From: Anthoceros angustus
Lineage: Eukaryota > Plantae > Anthocerotophyta
Reading direction: 5' to 3'
Length of the DNA stretch: 64,000 nt
NCBI GenBank assembly: GCA_010909165.1
Contig: MU008178.1
Location: 384,369-448,368 of the forward strand
Numbering within the stretch: position 1 is the stretch's first letter; each line of letters starts with the position of its first letter. Shown here piece after piece: positions 25,261-36,963 of the stretch. The position numbers and the translations under genes are program-made. A model generated the notes under the pieces. It saw nothing but the letters and a program-made list of their open reading frames with translations. It made no database searches and was not told where the DNA came from.

Positions 25261-25752
25261 ATTTGTGGATCGGTAGGGAGGCTGTACAGCTACGGAATCC
25301 GCAATTTTTGATGGCATAGCAGGAAAGGATGGCGGCAATCAAAATCGCGGCGGGGAGTTAAAGTAATTCAGCGTAAGCGCCGCATGCTCGTGATTGCTCC
25401 GCGGCGACTGGCAGCCTTCGCTTGACAGGCATGTATTGTGGCCGCGCCGATATGGCGGCCTTCACCTCCCGGCGCTTGTTGCCGTTCCGGCGCGGGAGAA
25501 CTCCCATGACTCGGAGCCGCCATAGCCGGGAGCGTGTTTTCGCCACCCGTGAGCCATCCACTTAGCGTGGGCGCGCGCTGCCCGCCGTACCCACAGCGGG
25601 TGGATCCGTGGGGGGTGGGTTTGCAATTATCCCCCATTTCTTTAATTTCCGGTTTTTTCTTTTGCTTTTTCCCGATTTCTAAATACCGATATGCGGGAGC
25701 TCTGCCAAACCAAAGAGCGAGGGCTGGATGGGTGGTGTGGGCTACACTGACG

Positions 25753-28700
25753 ATGGAGAACGAGGACCCAGAAATGCAGGTGCTATGCACCGGAAGGCCC
25801 TATGAATTCGACACTCTACCAACGACAACAGATGAGTACAGTGTTTTTGCATTGAGTGTTTCTAACTTCAATGCTCGAAAGTGCGAGCCCAGAGACTTGT
25901 TTCTGAAATTCCATGAGGCGTTGCGAGCACAGCCTGTGAGTGTCAAATTTTTCTCTTTGTGCTGTCCTTACTCGAGTTGTCTGAACATTTGTCGAAATCA
26001 AGGGTGATGCTTGAATTTGTATGTTCAGGTTGGAAGGTCTGTATACAGGGTCTTGTGCGATGCGATAACGCAATCTATCAAGATCCATAGGCGAGAAATG
26101 TCTTACAGGAACACTCGGCAAGGGCTTGAAGCTTTTGCACAAGGAGAGGTGGCATTTGTGGAGGATGAAGACGATAATGCGTTTGGGCCATCAGATGAGG
26201 AAGATGTTTTGGGCCATTCAGAATTTGGGGCATCAGAGCAGGAAGATGGTGAAGGCATTGCGGAGGTTGGGCTGCTTAGGCCTTATTCCCCCGAGGAAGA
26301 AATGGGGCGCCGGCATGCCGGCGCCCATTCGGCCCCCCATGAAGAAGGTGAAGAGGGTGGGCACCGGCATGCATCCCAGAGCAGGCGCCACCCTAGCACA
26401 GTGGGTGCTGTGCAGATGGGCCGTGAGGGGGGTGGAATGCCTAAGAGGAAGGTCGTCAGGCGGTGGGGCGGCATGCGCCATCCGAGCGGAGGCAAGGCGC
26501 CGGCATGCGGCGTGCAGCTGAGGGCGAGGGCGCGGCATGCAGCGCCCCGAGGCGAGGCGAGGCGAGGCGAGGCGCCGGCATGCCGCGCCCCCGCAGCGGG
26601 GCGAGGGCGCGGCATGCGCGCCCCGCGAAGCGGCGCGGCATGCGCCGGCATGCGCGGGCGCCGGCATCCGGGCAGGGTGGCGGGCGCCGGCATGCAGCGC
26701 CCGGCCGAGGCGAGGCGCGGCATGCGCCCGGCGAGAGGCGGCGGGCGCCGGCATGCCGGCCGTCCCATGTTCCGGCGAGGCGCCGGTGGCGCCTCAGATG
26801 TCGTTGAAAATGAAGATGATGGGCGCCGGCATCGCGCCCTACTGGCGGACTTGGCGAGAATGATTCGCCCAACCCAAAAGCGGAGGGCAACCACAAAGGA
26901 AGGCGAGGAAGACCAAAGCACCAAGGGTGGAAGCGGGTGATACAGTGACTTGTGAAAGGGAAGCACACAATCGGACTTTCCCGAATGACATCCAAACTCT
27001 TCACGTGGCCGACGGCGGCGGTTGGAGGCGTCGCATATGGACGAAGACTACCTCACAAATGTACGTCTTACTCGAAAAGGTGGTGCCCAGCTGTTGGTGA
27101 AACTTGAAAATTTGAGGCTGCATCATTCCCCGACCGATGCCCGGATCCGAAAGTTGATGAGGCTGGGCAAACTATCTTGCCCGTGTCATTGCAAAGGGAA
27201 GGATTGAAGAAGGAGTGCTTCCCCTATGTATGATTGACCCAGTAGTCGATATTGGACAACTTGATTGGAAAAGGTTTAGAGCGAAGAAAGTATGTGATGG
27301 GCGTACTGGGAGGGAATCATACCTATGCAGCCATGCAGCATCTGGCTGATATCTCACCAGGGAAGGCGCGTTTTCAGTGGATCAAAGCCCATGTGTATTG
27401 CAGCCTAACTGTCACTGAGATGAGGATTCTGGCCACCGATCACAACCAGATGGTGGACAAGCAGAAAAAGATGAATTTTATTGAGCAGGTTCGGTATCTG
27501 AGGGATGAGTTGCAGATAGCTAAGCGAGATCACGTCATCATGACCATGAACTGGAAATTCAATCTATACAAGGTGCTAGGTTTGATTGAAGGCAGAAGGC
27601 CGAGAAGATGAGCGGTACAAAGCGAACAAGGTGGACAACGAACCCATATACTCGTGATTTCAAAACTAGAGGGCAAGGTATGGGAAAATGTGGATAAAAT
27701 TTTTTCCAAGTGGGAAGCTGGTGAGCTACCTGAGCGGGCGAAGCATGTCGCAGCAGGAACAAGCAAAAGAGCAAAGGCAAGAGGAAAGCAAGCGACACAA
27801 AACAGTTGATGGAGTTTTGTGAAGCCCAAAGAAATGCAGGGAAGCCATGGCGAAGCTTTCAAGGTGTCCCACATGGACAGCCAGGACAACAGATGCTGAT
27901 AAGTGTAACAATGAAAGTACTAACTGGCCTCCTGGATCTCAACGGAATGGCGAAGGAAGTTACCTTCGGAAGAAATTTCATGTCATACAGTGGCAATGCT
28001 AAACTAAACATGACTCCTTGAAATGGTGAGACAAGAATACCCTCAACACTCTTCGAAGTTATTGCAGATTTTCAAACCGCATTTGAGGGCAAGGTAAATA
28101 TATTTCCTTCCATTATTTGCAAGATCCCCGAGGCGCGGCATGCGGCGCCTTCTCATCTGCCTTGCACACACGCTAACCCATTTCGTTTGACACCCATTCA
28201 AATTAAAGATGTTGAGGACAAGAAGCTACACGAAGATTTTCAAGCCTTTATTCTCGAGGTTCATACATGGAAGGGACTTGAAAATGAGCGAGCGCTAGCA
28301 GAATATGGACATGGAGGAGGGCTTCAATCCTTCACGGTGCCAAAAGCAGAGGATATCGTGAAGTACGGTCATTCTGAGATCGGAGAGGGGTTCCTCGGGA
28401 TCCGCAAGTACACTCTGATGATCATGGATGTGCCCCAAGGATTCAACAAAGGTAAACATGATGTGAAGTTAGATCTCTTTCAATTGGGAAAAATGTTTCA
28501 CTCCTTCCACGACATGACCAGCTGCCAGGAGATGAGAATGATAGTGATGCATGGGGTTGAAGAGCAACATGTCGTCAGGGAGGCAATGCGAAAGTGGTGC
28601 AGAGGAGGGGGGCTGGTGTCTTTTGTATGGGACAAAACGAATATGCACAACGACTTTGGTGGCTACGACACTATGGAGTACGTCACAATAGGATGGGGGT

Positions 28701-29190
28701 TAACATTTGACAGCCAAAGGTCAAAAGTCTCCATGATCCCTACTGACATTCATGGGTCTTTCAATAATGGGCGAGCAGTCATTGCCCACCCTACAATGGT
28801 GAAAAAGTTGTTGTACACATCATTGGACAAGGTGGTATGTGCTTATCAACGGCCTTTGTCTTTGATGATGAAGCTCATCAAAAGTTTCTCCAAGGAGGGG
28901 ACTGGATTTTGGATGTTTGTGCTGGTAGTGGGTCAACAACATTGGTCGCTTTGCTTTGCATTGCATCGAGGTGGACAAAAGGTGCGCAGAGTTCATTCCC
29001 CGGAGAATCCATGGCAATGAAGTGCTCCGGGGCCTTGAAGAGGAGTTGAATCACGAGCCACATCGGCGAGGACCGCCAGCCTGGGCAAAAGAGGTGAGTC
29101 TATCCGAGAAGGATGGGTCACGCAGTTGTTTTGGGCCAGCAGTAAGGAGAAGTCCGGCGACCTCCTTGACGTTGGGCAGACCCATGGGTG
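25753..29190 (+). CDS. ParB/Srx-like domain + beta-class N4-cytosine/N6-adenine DNA methyltransferase; spliced; frameshifted as assembled
   Basis: Intron 25936-26028 joins in frame. ParB-like VLGGNHTYAAMQHL (GGNH 27309-27320). Motif IV-like IMDVPQG (28427-28438) precedes YQRPLSLMMKLIKSFSKEG-DWILDVCAGSGSTT (motif I, 28900-28938) and IEVDK, i.e. catalytic-before-SAM (beta) order. Probable intron about 28094-28206. Confidence 0.75.
26305..26770. repeat. GC-rich array of about a dozen GGCATG(C) / CCGGCATGCCGG palindromic units
   Basis: Repeated CGGCATGCG/CGGCATGCC interspersed with GGCGAGGCGAGG. All six frames stay open across most of it. Confidence 0.85.
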
Positions 29191-29207
29191 GCTAAACATC
29201 CGGCTTG

Positions 29208-30579
29208 TGACTCCTTGAAATGGTGAGACAAGAATACCCTCAACACTCTTCAGACGAAGTTATTGCAGATTTTCAAACCGCATTTGAGGGCAAGGTAAAT
29301 ATATTTCCTTCCATTATTTGCAAGATCCGAGGCGCGCATGCGGCGCCTTCTCTCTCATGGCCTTGTCACACGCTAACCCATTTCGTTTGACAAATTCGAA
29401 ATTAAAGATGTTGAGGACACAAGAAGCTACACGAAGATTTTCAAGCCTTTATTCTCGAGGTTCATACATGGAAGGGACTTGAAAATGAGCAGAGCGCTAG
29501 CAGAATATGGACATGGAGGAGGGGCTTCAATCCTTCACAGTGCCAAAAACAGAGGATATCGTGAAGTACCGGTCATTAAGAGATCGCAGACATGAGGGGG
29601 TTCCTCAGGATCCGCAAGTACACTCTGATGATCATGGATGTGCCCCAAGGATTCAACAAAGGTAAACATGATGTGAAGTTAGATCTCTTTCAATTGGGAA
29701 AAATGTTTCACTCCTTCCACGACATGACCGGTGAGAGATGAGAATGATAGTGATGCATGGGGTTGAAGAGCAACATGTCGTCGGGAGGCAATGCGTGGTG
29801 CGGAGGAGGGCTGGTGTCTTTTGTATGGGACAAAGCGAATATGCACAACGACTTTGGTGGCTACGACACTATGGAGTACGTCACAATGGGATGGGGTTAA
29901 CATTTGTGACCAAAGGTCAAAAGTCTCCATGATCCCTCGACATTCATGGGTCTTTCAATAATGGGCGGATTGCCCACCCTACAATGGTGAAAAGTTGTTG
30001 TACACATCATTGGACAAGGTGGTATGTGCTTATCAACGGCCTTTGTCTTTGATGATGAAGCTCATCAAAAGTTTCTCCAAGGAGGGGGCTGGATTTTGGA
30101 TGTTTGTCTTGGTGGTCAACAACATTGGTCGCTTTGCTTTGCGAAACGCATTGCAATCGAGGTGGACAAAAGGTGCGCAGAGTTCATTCCCCGGAGAATC
30201 CATGGCAATGAAGTGCTCCGGCCCAGAAGAGGAGTTGAATCACGAGCCATCGGCGAGGACCGGCCAGTTCTGGGCAAAAGAGGTGAGTCTATCTGAGAAG
30301 GATGGGTCACAGTCGCAGGTTGTGCGTTTGGCAACCAGCAGAAGTAAGGAGAAGTCCGGCGACCTCCTTGACATTGGGCAGCGACCGGGCCATGTGTGTG
30401 GCCCCAAAACGACTCATCGGGGAGAAGACCATTCCATCGAAGATAATGCCATGGAGGAAATTGACAACTTTGAAGACACGGAGCACGCTTGCCTGAAAGG
30501 ACTGGAAGTTGTTATGGATAGCGTGTCTGGACAATGTCCTCCAGATACTCAAACCGGCATGGATGACCATTGTCCTTAG
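29208..30579 (+). pseudogene. Tandem second copy (about 1.2 kb) of the MTase domain plus the acidic C-terminal tail
   Basis: TGACTCCTTGAAATGGTGAGACAAG at 28012 and 29209; the same DVPQG and WILDVC motifs; indels differ from those of copy 1. Confidence 0.85.
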
Positions 30580-33500
30580 GTTCGATCAGTCCAGCTCTCT
30601 TAAGCCATAGACATGTGTGGAACATTATAATCGGAGAGTAATCGCCATCATGCCGGCGCTGACCTCTGCTTTACTTCTCGCAGCATGCATTAAAAACATT
30701 GTTTTCGAGGTCGCCATAATCCGTGTACATTAGGACGGTGGATAAGGGCTACAGGCCATGCGGCCGATCCTATCCTCCGGTGTCGAAAACAACGCGTTTT
30801 GCATGGTACACTGTACCCACCAACCACCTTCCCCTTCCAACGACACACATAATCCATTTGTTTTGGTTCTTTGTAGAAAGTGCGGCGGCTTCTTTTCTGT
30901 GGGAAGCGGCTTTGTATATTGAGCCCCTTCAAATATTATCATGTTTCCCACTGAAGGTGAAAGTATGTGGGACTCATTAAAAGTGACACTCCTGGCATAT
31001 AAGAGCTTCCTGGTAGCAGGATCAAATAGTTTGTATCCTTTGATGCCTTCTGTGTAGCCAATGAAAGTATACTTGTCTGCCTTAGGATCTAGCTTCTTTC
31101 GCTGTGCTTTAGGTATAAAGGCATAAGCGGGAGATCCAAAAACTTGAAGATGGTCGATTGAAGGCTTCCTACCAATAAAGGCTTCATAAGGTGTCATACC
31201 TTGAATGCGGATGTCGGAAGTCTATTGATGAGATAGGTTCTTTGAAAGCATGGCCTCCCAATAAGTCTTGGATAATTTAGCTTGGGAGAGCAAGCAACCT
31301 GTGATCTCTTGGCGTAGGTTCTTATTCTGCTCATTTTCTTTGAGGTGTGTGTACAACTGTGAGTTGTTGAGCTATGCCTTCAACTCGACAAAAATCAGCA
31401 AATTCATGAGATGTAAACTCTCCTTCATTATCGGAACAGAGGGTCTTGAGTTTCCTATCTGTAAGTCTCTCTGCCCAGATCATGTAGTCCTTGAAAAACT
31501 GAAAGGCTTGGCTTTCGTGTTTCAGGATGTATGTGAGGACAAAACGAGAATAATCATCTATGAATGTTAAGAAATATCTGCAACCGGTAAAGGATGGTGG
31601 GAAAAATGTCTGTGTGGACCAACTCAAGGTGCTTGTGGCCCCTGGGAGAGTGGTTGTGGAAGGAGCCTGTGCCTTTTGGTGGTGACACGGCTTGAGATAG
31701 GGTTCTATCTTGGATAGGGAAGGTGTTCTATAAAAATTTCCTTAGACATTTGGATGAGTTTTTGGCTATTAGGATGACCTAGTCGGCAATGCCAAAGTGT
31801 GGTGTTGGAGGAGGTGGCGAGGTGTGGGTGGCTACATTCATGCTATGTAAGGGACCCACTTGGACGGATAGTTTGTATAGGCCGTCCTCTAGTGTGCGAG
31901 GCAGATAGTATGTGACTTACTTGTGAGATGGGAAATAAGACAACTATCTCGCATGAAGAATGACTTGCATGCTATGTTGAACATAAGCTAGCGGTAGACA
32001 CTAGATTTTTACACATGGATGGTACGTGAAGGACATGGGAAAGAGAGAGAACTTGGCCTGAAGAACATCTGAGAACAACTGAACCTACACCAGAGATGGG
32101 GAGGTTGTGATCATCGCCAGATGAGACGATCGGTGTCCTGGTGGCGAATAAGACTCAAAAGAGTTTTTGTTGTGACAGATATGTGATGTAGCTCCACTGT
32201 CTAAATACCAATATTGGTTTGATGGCTTTGATGATGCCATGCGAGCAGTGAGAGCTGCCGTGTTGTGGAAGATTGTTTCTTCACTACAACATGCGCTCGA
32301 TCTTCTTATTACCTCTTGCGGTCTTTGAAGAAGGCAGTATTCATAGTGAATATTGGTTGGGATTGGGTCGTGAAAAGCAGTCCTCTGCGACCTCGGCCTC
32401 GACCTCTTCCTCTACCCCTTCCAATGAACATCACCGCTCTGGTTGATCTCGGATTCATGTCGACGACTTTGGTCCTCCTGTATGATTGCTCCAATCAATT
32501 CGGTGACGCTTAAATCCAAGCGGCATCACGAGGCTTCATGATTTCTCGGCGGAGGGCTGCATTTTGAGTAGTCACGAAGCCACAGAGGAGGGTGGTAGAG
32601 GCGAAGAGTCATGAAGCAGATTGTTCGGTCAACTTTGGGATCGCTTCAAGGTTGGACTTGGCGATTCGAAAATGCGATATGATTGTCAATGGAGTCATTC
32701 TCTCTCATCTTGAGATTATGAAAATTGCGGTGGTGACAACAAGCTCATTACATCCTTAGATGAATATAAGGGCAAGGCGGTCCCACATGTCCTTGGAGGA
32801 ATCGGCTTGAAACTTGGCGAACCATGGATTGAAGTCCACTCACTAGAATATCTTGGGCCTTGATCCTTATTGTCCCATTCTTCTATAGAGTCGAATCCCA
32901 CATGGGACGATCATTGGAACCACTCACTATATCCCATAGTTCACGCCGCAATACTCCTTTCATGCGAATACTCCATACATCATATCCTTTTCCATTGAAT
33001 CTATCCTTTTCCTTAAAGCTATCTCCATGAACCCATCGTTGGCGTCTTTGGATCATGTTTGAGTTTAGCCTTTTCGGCTTCCCAACTCTTCTTCTCATCT
33101 TCAAGCCATTTGGCCTTCTGCTCCTCTAGCCACGCTTTTAACTTTTCAAGTTGATTAATATCGAGTCGTCAACATTCACTCCGACCATCGCAGTGAGTTC
33201 AAAATAGGCGATTAATTTGTCCGATAGGCGCACTTGGTTTCCGATCGCGTGGAGAAAGGACATGCGCATTCGGGCGGATCATCTCGGCAGCCAGCTATAT
33301 TTACTGGAATATCATCTCATCATCAAAATCGATCTCCTTTGGGAAGGAGCCTATCTAGATGATCTCGAATATTGCTAATTTCTTGTTGCAAAAGGCAAAA
33401 TTAGAATGATTGGATTTTGGGTAAGTCTAATGTTACTCTTTATGCAACCAAGAGTTTCTAGCAAATTATTCAAGCGGAAATGAAGGGCCAGCAACCAAGT

Positions 33501-33964
33501 TAGGAATATGTTGAAGAGCTAATTGGATTGCAGAAACTTGCAATAAATCAAAAGAGGTAAGTAGGTCTTGTCTAGCAAGTCTAATCAAATTCCCTTGATC
33601 TGGTGACTTAATCAAAATAGATCCAATGAAATTAGCAACTTGTTTAGAGACTACTTCAAGCTCTTCACACCATGCACTTTGTTGTTTTTGTGGTCCTTCT
33701 GTCGCTTCTCTTGCCTTGCAGCCTTGATATTTCTCCAAACTCCTTGTTTAGTGGGATTTGGTGAATTCATGGTGCAAGGGCAAGGATTTGATGCACAAAT
33801 TGTGCATCCTTAAAGCATGATGCTGAGCTTGATCCATTTGCTGCCAAAGGCGAGATCTCCAGCGCATAGAAGTTCCTTTTAAAGATCTAATTGGAAAGGG
33901 AGCATAGGAGAATGGATGCCTTGGGAGGAAATAGGAAAGTAGCTCTAGCATCAAGAGCAAAGCT

Positions 33965-33976
33965 GCTCTGATACCA
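33965..33976 (-). promoter_or_regulatory. Primer binding site complementary to tRNA-iMet
   Basis: The minus strand reads TGGTATCAGAGC immediately after the LTR end. Confidence 0.9.
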
Positions 33977-34247
33977 TGATGAAAATCATGCTAAGCTCTA
34001 GCATAAAAGATGCTTGCATTACAATGTATATAATAGAAAGTACAAAGCCTATTTATAGGCAAGGTGGTTAGGTGGTTAGACGGTTATAACCATAAGTTGT
34101 TATAACCGTCAGTTGGTTGTAACTAATATAACAACTAACCTCCTAGGACAACTAACTAAGTAACTACTTAATGCCCTAGAGATAAATTAAAGCATAAGTA
34201 AAGGTGCCCTAGTGAATAGTGCCCTAATCTATATGTATTTTATCACA
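33977..34247 (-). repeat. Copia 5' LTR (271 bp, TG...CA)
   Basis: Minus strand TGTGATAAAA...TTTTCATCA with internal TATAAATA; abuts the PBS. Confidence 0.75.
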
Positions 34248-35268
34248 TCAAGGCTTGTGCTAAAGCATACCACATCCGTACGAATGGGGTAGGTCTCCCT
34301 CTATCCTATGTAGTGGCTTTCTTCCGGCAATGAGTTTCCATCACCTTGCAGAGGGTGTTGGCAAACGCAATTTTCAGGACGGCTTCGAACGCGGGGATGC
34401 AAAACCTTTAGCTTTGGTGGTAATGAGGCCCTTCTTTATTGCCAACTATGACATCTTGAGAAGTAAGTAGTTTCAAGGTAGACAATCGTGCGGGCTAGTC
34501 CCCCTTGCCCTAGGGCCCTCTAAAGGGTTGTTTCCCATCGCCCTGGTGTAGATGAGACTTCCCATCTCTGCATATTTATAAAGTCTCCACATTCTTCTTC
34601 TGAAAAATGTGCTCCACACAAAATTCCTCCTGCTATTAAGAACGTGTATACCATATATGGACCGCTATTAAGAACGTGTATTCCTTTTTCTCCCCCGGTG
34701 GTGTCTTCGTCGCTCCAAGGGTGGTTCTTCCGGCCATAGGGAGGTGGCTTCTCATCTCCGTTGGTTCTGGACCGGGGACTGGGAAGCTCTACAAGAAGAG
34801 GGGGGCGGGGGAGGGCTCGCAAACAAGATCCAGGCTGGAGGCTCCCAAGGTGGATCGGGTCTGTCAGGACCTTGTCAAGGCGCGGCTCAAGAGATGTCTC
34901 TTACTAGGCCGTGTTGGGGAATACGCCATGGCTGCCCGGGCACTTCGCCCGAAGCCGGTGGCGCCAGCCTCTGAGGACACCATCTCTACGCTCCGTGCCC
35001 TGCATTCGACCCGTGATGACCTCATTGCATAGGATATCCGAGATGACGTGGCAGAGGAGCCTTTTTGTCTCGACAAAGCGGTCTTCGGTAGGGTTTCTTA
35101 CCGTTGACCCGCGGTTTTCTTCGAGTGGTTTGTCTGGCACAGTTTACGATCATCTTCGGGATTACTTTGCTCCCGAGGATCCTTCTACCAGTTTCTTGGA
35201 GCTCTTTATTCTGGCGGCGACAGTGGCCAAGGGTGAGACTCCTCACCGGATCTCTCGTGTGTTGGGGG

Positions 35269-35838
35269 TGTCGCACGAGATAAGCACTTGCATTCATATG
35301 AGCACTTCCTCAACAGACAACCAAGCAAAATAAATCTACAGGTGCAAACCAATAACAGTAGGAGAGAGTAGCTCGCACATTGTGGCACAAACACACTCTC
35401 CCCATGGAACAACATGCAAATTCCTCACACATCACTCTCGGAGTCATAGCCTTGGCCTCCTCACAATACTCTTGCATCGCATATCTGGAGGACAATCTAT
35501 GATTTGAGCTTGTCCTATGTGAACTTTCACTTTAGGGTCTATATATACTAGCCCTTGGCATCGGCATATTCCTAAGATATCCTATTGGCATCAGCATCTG
35601 CTAGAAATATCCTAAGAATACACTATAATATGCAAGGAATATGCTAAAGCATATTACTTGTGCTTATCTACTTAGTTATTGCCAATTTTGTCTAATTAAC
35701 ACTAATCAATGTTTAATTAACATAAACACTTTAGTTTTATGAATACTAATTACTTTCCTAAAGATAAGTAATTAGATTCATTAATGCTAATCAAACACTA
35801 AACCCAAGAGTAGAGATTAGTGTCACACGGCATGGCAG
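35269..35838 (-). mobile_element. Solo LTR, copy 1
   Basis: Minus strand TGCCATGCCCGTGTGACACTAATCTC...CTTATCTCGTGCGACA; flanks GGGGG/GGGGC; removing it restores ...VLG|ASRLLA of the LINE ORF. Confidence 0.75.
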
Positions 35839-36963
35839 GGGCCAGCAGGTTATTGGCTATGAAGAAACCCACACCTGAGGTGTGCTCTATTACCATTGGG
35901 GAGGCATTCTTATGCCTCATAGGTTGCAGCATTGCTTTTCAACTTCGGGAGTAGTTCCAGGCACATCTTTGCCCCCACCAATTTGGGATTGCCACTCCGA
36001 GGGGTAGTGAGTCGGCCGCCTTTGGTATTGCGGCGGGTTTGGAATCACATCAACATTAGGTCGCCTTGCAGTTGGACGTCGAGAACGCCTTCAACACGGT
36101 CTCTAGAACGACAATTTTTATAGAGCTCAAAGATACAGGCGGGCACTTGGCAAGTCTTATTCCTTTCGTCCGCTCTTTCTATGGTTCCCTGTCTACCCTC
36201 TACTTTAAGCATGGACCATATAAGGAAGGTGTTATTGTGCTGGACTCGGCGACCAGCACGAGGTAGGGGAATCCTTTGGGGGGTGCCCTCTTTGTTGTTG
36301 CACACTTCAGGGCCCTGGCCGTTATTCCAAGCGCGGTCGGGGAGTGTCTCTTTCCGTCCGAGGCGGAGGACACTCATATCTTAGGACCTGGGGGCAAGAT
36401 TAGGGAAGTTTTCACACTCTTCTCCTCAGAGCTCTTCCGCCTGGGTTTGAGGGTCAAGATTCTGAAGTGCTTGGTTTGGTCCCCGTCTGGCATTACTCCT
36501 TCTCTTCAATTTCCGGGTGGGGGCACAGTTCCTTCTTAGGGACTTCGCCTCTTAGGGGTCCCCGTGGGACCTCCGGCCTTTACTTAGGGTTTTGTGAATG
36601 AGGAAATGAAGGAGGGCTTGGCCCACATCTCTATTAGGGGACCCTCAAGTGGCATTTGGCATCCTATCGATCTGCTTCGCGCATCAGCCGGGTTACCTCA
36701 CCAGGAAGGTGGCTCCCTCCCCAGCTTGTCTATTAAGCCTGCGGAATTTGATCTACAGGTTATGCAAGCACTTGGAGACATTATTTGGCCGGGGACCTTC
36801 GAGTGTGCCGCAAGGGGCCTTGCTCAGTGTTAGGCATCCCTTCTTATCGCTTACGGGGGCACAGGTCTGCTAGCCATGGAGGCATCAGCATCGACAGCCT
36901 TCCTTGGGAGCTGGGCCCTTTTTACCCCCGTCTTCATTGCTCGTTTCTTGATCCGGGATGTTC

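Larger units (their letters stand above)
30901..34247 (-). mobile_element. Ty1/copia LTR retrotransposon, 5' half (LTR-PBS-gag-protease-integrase), truncated before RT
   Basis: Gag FNGKGYDVWSIRMKG; RGRGRGRG; protease WYLDSGATSHIC; LWHCRLGH; YFLTFIDDYSRF; TPYEAFIGRKPSIDHLQVFGSPAY...KGYKLFDP. Confidence 0.9.

Noticed and set aside
26126-27004. Five overlapping 108-227 aa ORFs across the GGCATG array
   Set aside because: Shadow ORFs of a GC-rich palindromic repeat.
25753-30579. Bacterial contamination or prophage as the source of the ParB-MTase
   Set aside because: The gene has GT-AG introns with plant-like branch/acceptor sequences and is interleaved with plant Copia and Plavaka elements.
30700-30900. 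Possible Ulp1 protease fragment (PSNDTHNPFVLVL)
   Set aside because: The catalytic His-Trp and the Q..DCG motifs are not present; resemblance is too weak.
33965-33976. tRNA-Met-like sequence
   Set aside because: Only the 12-nt PBS; there is no cloverleaf. No tRNA or rRNA genes were recognised in the window.
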